From positions 1-38,911 of IMG/VR virus record IMGVR_UViG_3300029145_000010: DNA of 38,911 nucleotides; one strand, written 5' to 3'. Position 1 is the stretch's first letter. Each line of letters begins with the position of its first letter. Below the pieces are notes generated by a model that was not told where the DNA came from, made no database searches, and saw nothing but the letters and a program-made list of their open reading frames with translations. Shown one piece after another: positions 1 to 9,342 of the stretch. A program made the translations under genes and the position numbers. This DNA is from a virus (taxonomy: Duplodnaviria > Caudoviricetes).

Positions 1-17
1 GTTTCCCAGTCACGATC
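1..17 (+). other. SISPA/round A-B random-amplification primer tag (technical artefact)
   Basis: GTTTCCCAGTCACGATC at 1-17, with its exact reverse complement at 38895-38911; this is the widely used primer B sequence. Confidence 0.9.
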
Positions 18-192
18 AGCCTGCACCCGTCCACTCTGCACCGACGAACTCACAGCACGTAACACCCTCGTCGCCACACCCTCATAGCCACGATCCAGCA
101 CACCCCTCAGCAAATCCTCAATCGAACCCACCCGCACATTACTACTCATCAGCTAAATCAACCAATATCGGAGCAGGATCATCCCCCTCATC
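18..192. repeat. Terminal direct repeat, copy 1 (circular assembly overlap)
   Basis: Identical to 38720-38894, offset 38,702; the head morphogenesis ORF reads across it. Confidence 0.95.
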
Positions 193-351
193 ATCAGAAG
201 ATGCACTCTCACGCACCGTCACCGTAATCGACTTACCAGTTTCCTTAATCGCAATCGTCACACCCTCAACCCCATGCGATACCTCTAACTCACGCACCAC
301 CCCATGCGCCGCATTTGCCACCCGTCGCTTAATCTCATCCACCACATTCAT
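142..351 (-). CDS. Small acidic hypothetical phage protein
   Basis: 69-aa ORF with SD (GGGGTG); its stop overlaps the start of the MuF-like gene in the circular genome. Confidence 0.7.
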   Translation of the reverse strand: MNVVDEIKRRVANAAHGVVRELEVSHGVEGVTIAIKETGKSITVTVRESASSDDEGDDPAPILVDLADE

Positions 352-369
352 ATCATCACCCCATTAAAT

Positions 370-393
370 GTAGGGACGGCATACATGCCGTCC
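370..393 (+). repeat. GTAG-type REP-like palindrome
   Basis: GTAG followed by the perfect hairpin GGACGGCAT-AC-ATGCCGTCC, intergenic. Confidence 0.6.
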
Positions 394-416
394 GCTTATA
401 TACAAAACTTCGTCAA

Positions 417-842
417 TTATTGAACCTGAGCACCCGTCACCTTGAAAATTGGCACGAGATCACCATTGCTATCACCCACACCGATAATCGTCACATAATC
501 ACCTGTAACCAGATCACCAAACGGAGCAATACCGCCAGCAGTCGCACTCACACAATAAACAACGCCCTCGGTCGCCGTGAAACCAGGGTCAAAAGGAGAA
601 CTCGCACCCTCACCCAGAATCACACCATCCTGACCATCAGCACCAGAAGTCAGCGCATAACCAATACCAGCCGCACCAGCAGTCGCCGCGCTCGCATCAG
701 CATCCGCCAGCTTCCACTCACCATCAGTATTATCCTTATACACCGTCTTACCCTGTGCAATCGTCGCCCCATAAGTCACCTTACGCAGACCAGCATCCGA
801 ACCCTTCACCACATTTGCAGGTGTTACAGTCGCATCAACCAT
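417..842 (-). CDS. Putative capsid decoration/cement-like structural protein
   Basis: 141 aa, G/A/T/V-rich beta-type protein (GATIAQGKTVY...WKLADAD), located in the head module. Confidence 0.55.
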   Translation of the reverse strand: MVDATVTPANVVKGSDAGLRKVTYGATIAQGKTVYKDNTDGEWKLADADASAATAGAAGIGYALTSGADGQDGVILGEGASSPFDPGFTATEGVVYCVSATAGGIAPFGDLVTGDYVTIIGVGDSNGDLVPIFKVTGAQVQ

Positions 843-882
843 ATCAAACCCCTTATCTAAACCAACACTTTATACACACCAA

Positions 883-912
883 AGAATACACCAGCACCCC
901 AACCCCTAACGC
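883..912 (-). promoter_or_regulatory. Candidate phage late promoter GCGTTA-N18-TATTCT
   Basis: One of five similar elements, each placed right after an intrinsic terminator. Confidence 0.5.
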
Positions 913-913
913 A

Positions 914-944
914 CAAAAAGACCCCACCTATAAAGGAAGGGTCT
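914..944 (-). terminator. Intrinsic terminator after the portal gene
   Basis: AGACCC...GGGTCT stem followed by a U-tract on the minus strand. Confidence 0.6.
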
Positions 945-972
945 ACTATACAGAAACTAACTTATGACGAAC
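945..972 (-). other. dif-like site GTTCGTCATAA-GTTAGT-TTCTGTATAGT
   Basis: 11-6-11 architecture abutting the portal stop codon. Confidence 0.75.
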
Positions 973-2450
973 TAACTCGCCAGACGCACAGGCTCAGTCA
1001 CATTACCACCAAAACCCGGTATCCCCAGCAAACTCTGCTCACGCCCAGCCTGCGCCATCTTCTCCTCCATCAGCAAATCAATCTTCTTATCATCATACCC
1101 GAGATAAGGCAACTGACCCATCAAGCGCAAGAACTCACGCTCATAACCAGCATCACGCATAATCTGAGCCGCCATCATCACATCAGCATCATTCCGTATC
1201 TGAGCAGGCTTCCAGCGTGTACTAAAACCAATCACCTCACCAGTGAGACCCGCACCAAACGCCTGACGCAAGCGGATACTCATCCGCGCAATATCTTCCC
1301 ACACATTCCCGAATAACACCTGCGCACGATTTACCTTCTCAACCAGCATCGTCTGACGTTCCTTCAACGCCTCACCACTCTGCGCAGAAGACCCCATCGA
1401 GCTAGGGATAGGTGTACGGGTGATAACACTCAGACGGTCCTCAATATGCGTAATCGCCTCCAGAAACGGCACCAGCTCACCCTGTGGCACAATATCAACA
1501 TCCATCGCGCTCAACAGCGCCGCGTCATCAGTATCAGAACCAAAAATAACATAATCACCTGGAGCCGCATCACCCTCGGGGACAAAACCTTTTGCCTTAC
1601 GCAGAGGAAACGCAGTCAAGCGCGAACTCATCACCAGATCGACCAGCTCCCAATTCGCCGCATCCTGCAATGGAATACCATTATGCAACTCACTCTGTCC
1701 AAACGGATACCGCTTCTTAGGATTGTTGCTAAACATATGAATCGGCAACCCTAGCGGATCACCAGCCTCAGCACTCGTATCCGTCCACCACACCAGTCCA
1801 TTCTCATCCGTATCATCATCCGTATACGGCACCAGCTTACCGTCACCATCCGTCTCATACTTCTCAACAACACCCGGATGATAAACATTGACCCGCTTCT
1901 TAGTCGAACCCTCAGTATAAGCCTCATTCCAGATCTTAATCGCACAACTCAACTCACCTACAGCATTCAGGACTGGTATAACACCCGTCTCCGAATCACT
2001 ATCATAAGCATCCTCATGCACCCACCGCGTAACATCCTCATCAGCATCATACTCGGTCACAACAAACGTATACCCATCACGAATAGCCGCCTCATGCACC
2101 GATACCTGAAGCTCATCAAATCGGCTCTCACTACGGCACCGATCCAGATACACCTGATGCTCAGTAGGCTCATCCGACGATTGACCCTGCACCTCGACCT
2201 CAATCTCAGTCACACTCAAGCGGTCAGCCATCTTACCAATAATCATTGGCATATAATTAATATTGAATTGGTCAAGCAACGTCCGCTGAGCAATCCCCAG
2301 CTGGGTCTTTTGCCGCGTGGTCAATCCATCACGATGTTCACCATCATCGTACTGACGATACAAATGCACCATCTCACCACGCATCCGCACACCAGCCGAC
2401 CACGTCGCATGCACCTTATTACCCAATTTTTCCTGAATAGACTCAAGCAT
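972..2450 (-). CDS. Phage portal protein (SPP1 gp6-like)
   Basis: About 492 aa from the likely start MLESIQ; follows TerL; motifs INYMPMII, GQSEL, SGEALK. Confidence 0.85.
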   Translation of the reverse strand: MLESIQEKLGNKVHATWSAGVRMRGEMVHLYRQYDDGEHRDGLTTRQKTQLGIAQRTLLDQFNINYMPMIIGKMADRLSVTEIEVEVQGQSSDEPTEHQVYLDRCRSESRFDELQVSVHEAAIRDGYTFVVTEYDADEDVTRWVHEDAYDSDSETGVIPVLNAVGELSCAIKIWNEAYTEGSTKKRVNVYHPGVVEKYETDGDGKLVPYTDDDTDENGLVWWTDTSAEAGDPLGLPIHMFSNNPKKRYPFGQSELHNGIPLQDAANWELVDLVMSSRLTAFPLRKAKGFVPEGDAAPGDYVIFGSDTDDAALLSAMDVDIVPQGELVPFLEAITHIEDRLSVITRTPIPSSMGSSAQSGEALKERQTMLVEKVNRAQVLFGNVWEDIARMSIRLRQAFGAGLTGEVIGFSTRWKPAQIRNDADVMMAAQIMRDAGYEREFLRLMGQLPYLGYDDKKIDLLMEEKMAQAGREQSLLGIPGFGGNVTEPVRLAS

Positions 2451-3891
2451 ATTTCTTCCTCTTACCCGTCCGTTTTTGTGGCTTATCAGATAACATCCGC
2501 CACGCACCACTCAAACCATCAATCTGATCATCGTGCGAACCATTCGGGAATGAGCCAGCCTCATCTAAGAAATCACTATTCCAGAAACCAGTCAATAAAT
2601 GAATCATACCCAAACTAGCACGCGCCGCCGCAGGCAATAAGCGCGTCAGCTTATCACCTTCAACCTCATAACCTTTTATAGCATATTGCCTCAACTCAGG
2701 GTCTTTAACGACCTGTTGAATAGCTCGCGTCATATACCCCTTGTTTTCAAACCCCTGCCGCACACTCGTTCCATCCTTCAGCATCACCGCCTTCAGGAAT
2801 GACGGTAAATCAGCCAGTTCGACCTGACCACGCGCCACATCCAATATCACAGCCTCGCCATTCTTCAGCTCAGCCAGCTTCAACCCCACCGTAAAATCAG
2901 CAGTCGTTTTTTCACTCATCGCTAGATCCCAATAGCGAACAACCTGCTCAACATCACTATCCAGAACCGCAGGCAACTTCTTAAACCACGCTTTTTTGAG
3001 GATGCCACCCTCAGCAGGACTAGGAGATTGCTGATACTCCGCACTAAACGAATACGGTCCTAACTTCGCTTTCGTCTCATGTAAATTTGGGAGATCATAC
3101 CGCTCAGCCCACAATGCCTCACCTTCAGCACGTCCCAACAAATCATTTTTCTCAGCCAATGCAGGGAGCTTCAATTCAACCCAATCAACCCCACTCTGCA
3201 ACTCACGCCCAACAGGATCATCCTCATGCCAGCGTGTGTGCATCAAAATAACCGCACCATTCGGCTCTAAGCGTGTATACAAATCATCATTCCAGGCATC
3301 CCACACACCATCACGAATCGTAACACTCTCAGCATCCTTACGACCACGAATTAAATCATCACCAATCAAAATATGAGCACCCTTACCCGTCGCCGCACCC
3401 AGAACGCCCAGCGCAGTCATACCACCCTCACCATACGCATCAGCCGTATCCCAATCCATCACCGACTGACTATCAGGAGCAAGTCGCGTCGAGAATATCT
3501 CACCATAACGAGGACTATTAATAAAATTTCTTGCCGCTCGACTATGCTTATTCGCCAAACTCTGACCATAACACGCCAGCATAACCCGATGATGAGCATT
3601 GCGTCCCAGATACCACGCAGGAAACAAACGGCTCACCGTCAAACTTTTGCCGTGACGGGGTGGCATCGTAACGATTAACCGTCCAATACCCTCACGCCCA
3701 CCACTCTCAACAAACAAAGCCACCTGCTCCAGATGGCTATCTAACAATTCCAGATGTGGAGCGTGCATATAACGACTATACATATGACGCTTAAACGCAG
3801 TTAATGACTCCGCCTCCGAGTGAACAACCTCTGGCGCAGGCTCCCCAAATACCTCCTCAAACCATACCGCCGCTAACTCACGCTCATCCAA
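2443..3891 (-). CDS. terL: Terminase large subunit
   Basis: Walker A PPRHGKS, Walker B ILIGDD, TRWHEDD, nuclease motifs YWDLA and HDDQIDG. Confidence 0.95.
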   Translation of the reverse strand: MDERELAAVWFEEVFGEPAPEVVHSEAESLTAFKRHMYSRYMHAPHLELLDSHLEQVALFVESGGREGIGRLIVTMPPRHGKSLTVSRLFPAWYLGRNAHHRVMLACYGQSLANKHSRAARNFINSPRYGEIFSTRLAPDSQSVMDWDTADAYGEGGMTALGVLGAATGKGAHILIGDDLIRGRKDAESVTIRDGVWDAWNDDLYTRLEPNGAVILMHTRWHEDDPVGRELQSGVDWVELKLPALAEKNDLLGRAEGEALWAERYDLPNLHETKAKLGPYSFSAEYQQSPSPAEGGILKKAWFKKLPAVLDSDVEQVVRYWDLAMSEKTTADFTVGLKLAELKNGEAVILDVARGQVELADLPSFLKAVMLKDGTSVRQGFENKGYMTRAIQQVVKDPELRQYAIKGYEVEGDKLTRLLPAAARASLGMIHLLTGFWNSDFLDEAGSFPNGSHDDQIDGLSGAWRMLSDKPQKRTGKRKKYA

Positions 3892-3901
3892 AACAAAATT
3901 A

Positions 3902-3929
3902 CCTCTACAGAAAATAGATTATCCCGACC
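3902..3929 (-). other. dif-like site GGTCGGGATAA-TCTATT-TTCTGTAGAGG
   Basis: Both arms identical to the site at 34164; fills the gap between the upstream stop and terL; the right arm supplies the terL SD (GAGGT). Confidence 0.8.
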
Positions 3930-4300
3930 TAATCTTTATGACCATTCACATTGATTTGAATACGGGGTGGCATATAACGATCATCATCCTCATCAGATAA
4001 CAACAACTGCACCAACTCAGGATTATCACGTAAAAACTTAGGCAATTGACACCCCAGCATCTGCACCACGCGCTCCTCCTCCTCAATATCAAAATGCCCC
4101 GTCTGATGAAACAAGCCATGCAATGCCTCATGTAACAATGCCTGTATCTTCTGTGGACGAGCCTGATCCGAATCCAACTCAATTCTCAAATGACGATGCC
4201 ACACACGTCCGTAATACGCCTGTCCATCATCATCCTGCAAATCATTAATCTCAATCACCTGATACCGCACACCACCCACCACAACATAATCAATCATCAC
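3929..4300 (-). CDS. Small HExxH zinc-metallopeptidase-like phage protein
   Basis: QALLHEALHGLF motif with downstream EEE. Confidence 0.6.
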   Translation of the reverse strand: MMIDYVVVGGVRYQVIEINDLQDDDGQAYYGRVWHRHLRIELDSDQARPQKIQALLHEALHGLFHQTGHFDIEEEERVVQMLGCQLPKFLRDNPELVQLLLSDEDDDRYMPPRIQINVNGHKD

Positions 4301-4568
4301 TCACTATCCCTTGCTTAATCTCAAAAGACCTCTGCTCCTTACCTTCATCGTAAATCTTCTGCTCGATGCGATTCAGCGCAAGCTCATACAAACTTGCAAG
4401 TTTATCAATAGGCTCAGATACCACCACATTCCACCAGCCACCTGCATCACGCCGTAACAACGAAGCATAATCACCAGAAATTAACTCAATTCGATACCCA
4501 TACTTCAAAATATGAGCATCCAACACCACCCGGCACACATCTGGAGGAGGGATCTGCTCACCACTCAC
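4290..4568 (-). CDS. Hypothetical phage protein
   Basis: 92-aa ORF overlapping both neighbours in the operon. Confidence 0.6.
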   Translation of the reverse strand: MSGEQIPPPDVCRVVLDAHILKYGYRIELISGDYASLLRRDAGGWWNVVVSEPIDKLASLYELALNRIEQKIYDEGKEQRSFEIKQGIVSDD

Positions 4569-5155
4569 GACACACCAGCCTTCTCAGCAGTCATCTTCAC
4601 CATCTCCTCAAACTGACGAATCGCCATCTCAGGACTCTTACCCATCCGCTCAAGCAAACTCACCACCTCAGCCGATAACCCAACACCCGAAACCTCAAGC
4701 GCACTCTGTTGCTTCCAACCACGCTCCGCCCCCAGCGTACTCAGCACAAATCGCACCGTAGGACCATCCAGCGCCGCCACCAACATCCCGACGGCACTCT
4801 CAGCATCATCCACCAGACTTCCACGCTCAATCTCCGCCGCCTCATACAACGCCGGATAATCGCGCATATAATTATGAACCGTCTGCCGACTAACACCCGC
4901 ATTCCAGGCAATCGTCGAATAATTCCCACGACTCCCGGCAATCGCCTTCTCAATAACCTCAAAATGGCGAGGCTTACTCTCAACCTCACCACCAACAGCC
5001 TTATGAGCATCCGTCAACTCAGGATACTTTCTCAAATAGCGATACACCGTACTCGTCGCACACTCCAACTCATCCGCTATATCACGCACCGACGACCCCA
5101 CCTTCTCAATCGCCAGCCGAAACTCACGCACACTATATTGCCGTCTCCCAGCCAT
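4565..5155 (-). CDS. Putative terminase small subunit with two HTH motifs
   Basis: Two HTH repeats (IADELECATSTVYRYL; IAWNAGVSRQTVHNYM), LGAERGW motif, upstream of terL. Confidence 0.65.
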   Translation of the reverse strand: MAGRRQYSVREFRLAIEKVGSSVRDIADELECATSTVYRYLRKYPELTDAHKAVGGEVESKPRHFEVIEKAIAGSRGNYSTIAWNAGVSRQTVHNYMRDYPALYEAAEIERGSLVDDAESAVGMLVAALDGPTVRFVLSTLGAERGWKQQSALEVSGVGLSAEVVSLLERMGKSPEMAIRQFEEMVKMTAEKAGVS

Positions 5156-5254
5156 ACCACACCTACCATAAAAACACGTCAAAATATTAGCTCATCATTG
5201 AGCCTTTTTTCACAATTGCACACTCACTATACGAAACTGACAAAAATCATGTTA

Positions 5255-5285
5255 ATAGTATCAACCATCACCACCACCATAACGA
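5255..5285 (-). promoter_or_regulatory. Candidate late-operon promoter TCGTTA-N19-TACTAT
   Basis: Variant of the repeated motif; follows a terminator and precedes terS. Confidence 0.35.
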
Positions 5286-5408
5286 ACAAAAGCGCCCTCA
5301 CACACTCGTGAGAACGCCCTCGCTGTCATGACATATAACCGAAATATAGGAGCACCTGTGGGGGTAGGGGACACACGAACTATACACCCTCACAAAATGA
5401 CTAACGCA

Positions 5409-5873
5409 CTACGCCACTGCCCGATAGCCGAATGATCCCACCGTCGCAAATGCCAGCGATTGCAACGCAGTCGGCAAACGCCACGCTCCACGATACTCCA
5501 GCACCACACCCCTCGCCATCATATTCGGGATGTAATCCTCAGCCACCTCAAGGCGCACATCCAGCGCATCCGCAATACGGTCCGTCGTCAACCCCCACGG
5601 ATTCGCCCGTAACAAATCAACCAGACCGCCCTCAATAACCTGCTCACCAGCACGTAAGCAACGATACCCACGCCGCGCACCAGTCCCACCAATCCGGAAC
5701 AAACGTCCACGTTGCCACATACCAGCCATATACCGCCGCACCGTCTGCTCAGCCACCCCAAACGGCAAACCAATCTGCACCGTCTTCGGTAACACTCCAT
5801 ACTTCACATCTCGCTGACGACGCTTCACCACCTCAATAATATTATCTTCCCATGGATTCATAACCCACCTCAT
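5409..5873 (-). CDS. Tandem winged-HTH DNA-binding protein (possible late regulator)
   Basis: GVAEQTVRRYMAGMWQRGRL and LTTDRIADALDV...MMARGVV wHTH-like segments. Confidence 0.55.
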   Translation of the reverse strand: MRWVMNPWEDNIIEVVKRRQRDVKYGVLPKTVQIGLPFGVAEQTVRRYMAGMWQRGRLFRIGGTGARRGYRCLRAGEQVIEGGLVDLLRANPWGLTTDRIADALDVRLEVAEDYIPNMMARGVVLEYRGAWRLPTALQSLAFATVGSFGYRAVA

Positions 5874-6028
5874 CAGATCACCACTACCTCCTCTATTATA
5901 CCGTAATTAGCTTTAATGTTCTGCTTATCACAAAGTAAATTTGTAAACTATAACCAAGCATCACCCCAAGCATACCTCCACACACCCTCAACAATCTGGT
6001 GTCAATTATGTGCAAAATTATGAACAAC

Positions 6029-6057
6029 AAAAAAGCCCACTCATCTGAGCAGGCTTC
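6029..6057 (-). terminator. Intrinsic terminator ending the early small-gene cluster
   Basis: AAGCC...GGCTT stem with a T6 tract on the minus strand. Confidence 0.55.
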
Positions 6058-6063
6058 TTGTCG

Positions 6064-6306
6064 TCATTCATTCTCAAATAATATCTTATCGTGTGCTCCA
6101 TCCATAGAATAGCCTTTTGCTATCCAGTCTCGCATTTCTTGAGCAACGTCATCATAATCTCGACCAGTAACAGCCATTACACTAACCACATTCTTCTCGA
6201 AATCAGCCAGATTTTTTAAAGCACTTAGTGCAGTCGGACTCAAACCAAATACTAAATGCGCACCTATCTTAGCAAGCTGTTTTTTGAATTTCATCTTCCT
6301 CTCCAT
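6064..6306 (-). CDS. Hypothetical protein
   Basis: 80-aa ORF whose ATG lies inside a dif-like arm. Confidence 0.55.
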   Translation of the reverse strand: MERKMKFKKQLAKIGAHLVFGLSPTALSALKNLADFEKNVVSVMAVTGRDYDDVAQEMRDWIAKGYSMDGAHDKILFENE

Positions 6307-6325
6307 AAATGCTATTCCGTAGAGG
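6298..6325 (+). other. dif-like site CCTCTCCATAA-ATGCTA-TTCCGTAGAGG
   Basis: 11-6-11 site spanning a stop/start junction. Confidence 0.7.
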
Positions 6326-6647
6326 TATTAGCCTTAAACCATCTGTACGCCCGAACAATTGCACAATTCAATTCTTTTTCGTAGTGTTGTTCTGCATATT
6401 CAATGAATATTGTCATATCAGGAGCAATAATCTCAACCTCGATTTTCCAACCATACTCATTAATATGTTTTTCGTAATGATTTTGCTCTAAGACTTCCCA
6501 CATTTCCTCATATGATAGGTCATAGGCAATGCCAAAGTCCTCAATGATTTCGGATGCACGAGTTTGAATTTCAACGATATTATCTGTTTGCTCTAAAGCA
6601 TAAAGTACAAAATCTTCCAATTCTGACAACTTGTTTTTATCACTCAA
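6312..6647 (-). CDS. Acidic hypothetical protein
   Basis: 111 aa, SD AAAGGAG; bracketed by dif-like sites at 6298 and 6657. Confidence 0.6.
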   Translation of the reverse strand: MSDKNKLSELEDFVLYALEQTDNIVEIQTRASEIIEDFGIAYDLSYEEMWEVLEQNHYEKHINEYGWKIEVEIIAPDMTIFIEYAEQHYEKELNCAIVRAYRWFKANTSTE

Positions 6648-6656
6648 AACCTACTC

Positions 6657-6684
6657 CTTTCTGATAACCCATTTTATGTGCATG
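6657..6684 (+). other. dif-like site CTTTCTGATAA-CCCATT-TTATGTGCATG
   Basis: 11-6-11 intergenic site; same spacer as the site at 26492. Confidence 0.7.
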
Positions 6685-6689
6685 GTCGT

Positions 6690-7079
6690 CTATATTCCAC
6701 CGCGTGCGATTTCTTCATCAGTTGGCTCATCTGTACCGTAATCGTAATAGTTTGCATGATCTTCATTGCAAAAGTGTTCACCATCGCGTTCGAAATACAT
6801 ACTAGTGATAGCTGTATCACACCAGAAACACTGTTTAGGTTTATCACTATCGTCGGTTGAGTTATCTTTGTTTTTGATTACATAATCAAAAGCATCCATC
6901 ATCATACCTAATTGGTGGTCTGTGATTTCTAATACGATTAGATTGTTGCCAGCCTGCATGTTGAAAATCACATTGTAAGGTGTATCTGATTGTTCAATGC
7001 TTACTTTTACGGATTCACCTTCTTCGTCAGTAAAATCAATTTGTGTACCATACCACTGGATTTTATGTTTTACTGCCAT
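6690..7079 (-). CDS. Hypothetical protein with C-terminal Zn-finger-like motif
   Basis: CFWC...FCNEDH. Confidence 0.6.
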   Translation of the reverse strand: MAVKHKIQWYGTQIDFTDEEGESVKVSIEQSDTPYNVIFNMQAGNNLIVLEITDHQLGMMMDAFDYVIKNKDNSTDDSDKPKQCFWCDTAITSMYFERDGEHFCNEDHANYYDYGTDEPTDEEIARGGI

Positions 7080-7379
7080 CTACTCCCCCTCGCTATCGTC
7101 GGCTATTGATTCCATATCGACATAACGAGATTTAATAACATCCCATATGTATCCTGGTTTATCATCCTCGTGCAGGTCGTCGTCAAGGTATATGCTGTCA
7201 ATTTCCTCAATTAACTTAGCCGTTATTTTTGACTGGCTATCTTTTTCAAATCCAAGCAACCACTCAAGACGTTCAACATCTGCCTCCAACTCTTGAATCC
7301 ACTCTTGCGCCAGCCCCAAACGAGCATCAACATTCTTATATCGTTTTTCTAGTTCTTCATAGGTAAAATTGCGTTCCAT
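7080..7379 (-). CDS. Hypothetical coiled-coil protein
   Basis: 99-aa ORF, tightly packed, ends DSEGE. Confidence 0.6.
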   Translation of the reverse strand: MERNFTYEELEKRYKNVDARLGLAQEWIQELEADVERLEWLLGFEKDSQSKITAKLIEEIDSIYLDDDLHEDDKPGYIWDVIKSRYVDMESIADDSEGE

Positions 7380-7382
7380 CCC

Positions 7383-7601
7383 CTACTCCCCCTCGCTATC
7401 TAACGTATGCACGAAAACTAGCACATCATCTTCGTACTTTTTCGGCTTTGCACTAATCCCGATGGCATTACACATTGTGCATTGCCATGTACGATAGGTT
7501 TCGACGTTGCCGAACATATCCTCAACTTCTGTTTCGCCTGTTTCAGCGTAAGAATGTGCTGTACCATCATCTGTACATAATGCTTTTTTATTCTCACTCA
7601 T
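7383..7601 (-). CDS. Small Zn-ribbon-like hypothetical protein
   Basis: 72 aa, CTMC motif, ends DSEGE. Confidence 0.55.
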   Translation of the reverse strand: MSENKKALCTDDGTAHSYAETGETEVEDMFGNVETYRTWQCTMCNAIGISAKPKKYEDDVLVFVHTLDSEGE

Positions 7602-7833
7602 TTATCCACCTCACAACCATTACCTGTTGATATTCATTAATTTGTTCTGTACCGATTTCACCTGTCCACCTGTCATAGTATGTGACGTTAAACTCTGTAT
7701 GAAAGCGGTCAACGGGTGTTAGGTGAATGACCTGACGATGAAAGATAGAATCGAGCCATATGTCACCATATCCAAAACCATCGGTATAAGCATGAATGAG
7801 CCACTTATCTTCAAAATCAAAATCACCTACCAT
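7594..7833 (-). CDS. Hypothetical protein
   Basis: 79-aa ORF overlapping the next gene. Confidence 0.55.
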   Translation of the reverse strand: MVGDFDFEDKWLIHAYTDGFGYGDIWLDSIFHRQVIHLTPVDRFHTEFNVTYYDRWTGEIGTEQINEYQQVMVVRWINE

Positions 7834-7844
7834 CTCACATCGAC

Positions 7845-7872
7845 CTTTACGATAATCCTTTTTCTATACCCC
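7845..7872 (+). other. dif-like site CTTTACGATAA-TCCTTT-TTCTATACCCC
   Basis: 11-6-11 site occupying a 43-bp intergenic gap. Confidence 0.6.
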
Positions 7873-7876
7873 GTGA

Positions 7877-8416
7877 TTAGTATTCCCAACCGTAATCATA
7901 TTCGTCGTAATCGTCATACTCGCCAAGTTCGTCAGCTAGTTGGTCTTGGCATTGCTCACACAATCCATTAGGCGAAAAATCAAACGACTCGATACCTGCA
8001 TAAAAATAGTTACACATAGGGCAAAAACCATTATCATGAGCATGCTCATCACAGTAGTACCCATTAGCTTGAGTATCACAGAAATTCATATAGCATGGAT
8101 CGCCTTCACTGGTACAGCCTTCTTCTTCACAAGTCTTGTCAACATGAGCAGATTCATTCTCGGCTCTATCAACAGCAATTTCGGCAGGGTCAAACTCTTT
8201 CATTAAGACCAATCGTTCTTCACCGTCATGAAGGAATTTGAAATGAAGATAATTCCCACTGTGGCAGATAGTTTGTTTATCTGTATGGATTGTCCCGTAG
8301 GTTTCTAAAGCGTTCATCATGTCCCACGGAACTGCTGTATATGGTTCTGCATTAGTGCTTTGAACCAAATAGATAGTATCAAATTCTTTGTTACACTCTG
8401 GACAATTGTGTTTCAT
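7877..8416 (-). CDS. Cys-rich hypothetical protein
   Basis: Multiple CxxC motifs (CPEC, CEEEGC, CDEH, CPMC, CEQC). Confidence 0.65.
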   Translation of the reverse strand: MKHNCPECNKEFDTIYLVQSTNAEPYTAVPWDMMNALETYGTIHTDKQTICHSGNYLHFKFLHDGEERLVLMKEFDPAEIAVDRAENESAHVDKTCEEEGCTSEGDPCYMNFCDTQANGYYCDEHAHDNGFCPMCNYFYAGIESFDFSPNGLCEQCQDQLADELGEYDDYDEYDYGWEY

Positions 8417-8796
8417 CGCATACTCCTACGAATACTAATATCTTCCATCGTCATTGTGTACTTAGCCCGACCATCGCTATAGTTGATGTACTCATCCAAC
8501 GGAGGCAAGATACACGCCATATCTTCAATGTCTGGACAAACGTTATAGCGTATCCATACAATTTCATCCCATTTCGGCAAGCGATTCGGATGACTGACTT
8601 GCATGATTGCAGGTTGTCCTCGAAATTCAGGCGAGTATGAAATGTATAATTGCCCCATACTATAACCCTTTGTTGGTCGAACTTTTACAGACAGTGTAAG
8701 CGCATCATCATTCTCAACAATTGGCTTCCATTTTTTACTCATTGCATCGGGTCTATTAACCCGTTTAGGTTCTTTTATTCGTTTTTGCATTGCCAT
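8413..8796 (-). CDS. Conserved-looking hypothetical phage protein
   Basis: 127 aa, SHPNRLPKWDEI...ILPPLDEYIN; 4-bp overlap with the next gene. Confidence 0.6.
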   Translation of the reverse strand: MAMQKRIKEPKRVNRPDAMSKKWKPIVENDDALTLSVKVRPTKGYSMGQLYISYSPEFRGQPAIMQVSHPNRLPKWDEIVWIRYNVCPDIEDMACILPPLDEYINYSDGRAKYTMTMEDISIRRSMR

Positions 8797-9086
8797 TTTT
8801 CTCTCACTTTCTTTGGATGCAATCTTTCATCAACATCATCCCAAGTCAACTCATTAACTCCTGAGCTAATGGTTTCATCTAACGCATTAAGTACCATAGG
8901 TGATGGCGGGTTGATATGAACTCCTGCGCATTCGTAGCATCTACGTTTCTCAGATTGCCAATTAACATTTAAAACAGGCACTAAGTGACCGCACTCAAGG
9001 AGAAACCAAGCCTCGTTAAATGGTCGGTAATTTATACCACCTCCACAAATGTGACCTTTTGCTTTAACTAACTTATATTTAGCCAT
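8775..9086 (-). CDS. Zn-finger-like hypothetical protein
   Basis: LECGH...RCYEC. Confidence 0.55.
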   Translation of the reverse strand: MAKYKLVKAKGHICGGGINYRPFNEAWFLLECGHLVPVLNVNWQSEKRRCYECAGVHINPPSPMVLNALDETISSGVNELTWDDVDERLHPKKVREKWQCKNE

Positions 9087-9108
9087 TTTTCCCTCACTTT
9101 CTTAGGAC

Positions 9109-9136
9109 GGCTGACATAAACCACCTTCCCCTAATC
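9109..9136 (-). other. dif-like site GATTAGGGGAA-GGTGGT-TTATGTCAGCC
   Basis: Right arm differs by one base from that of the site at 20904; overlaps the upstream stop codon. Confidence 0.6.
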
Positions 9137-9328
9137 GTCACTATCGCAGAATTCACATTCGTAATTGTCTGACCACTGAACCTTGCCACATAAAAGACAG
9201 CAATCTAATTCAGGGTTTAACGAGAATATTCGACTTTCCAACAGTGTTAACTCTGATTTATCCTTCCCGATAAATATCTCAAGAAAATCGGGGTGAGGAT
9301 CATAGCCCTCATGCTTTTCGTCAAACAT
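9131..9328 (-). CDS. Small Cys-rich hypothetical protein
   Basis: CLLC...CEFC; bracketed by dif-like sites at 9109 and 9343. Confidence 0.55.
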   Translation of the reverse strand: MFDEKHEGYDPHPDFLEIFIGKDKSELTLLESRIFSLNPELDCCLLCGKVQWSDNYECEFCDSDD

Positions 9329-9342
9329 AATTTTGTCCTTTT

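Noticed and set aside
18-192. 175-bp direct repeat as a true packaging terminal repeat
   Set aside because: It lies mid-operon and is bounded by primer tags; it is better explained as circular assembly overlap.
5908-6016. Isolated half-sites: TTATCACAAAG at 5925 (reverse complement of the 20904 left arm) and TTATGTGCAAA at 6006; similarly TTCTGCTAAAA at 14660
   Set aside because: No partner arm at 6-bp spacing; may be decayed sites but unsupported.
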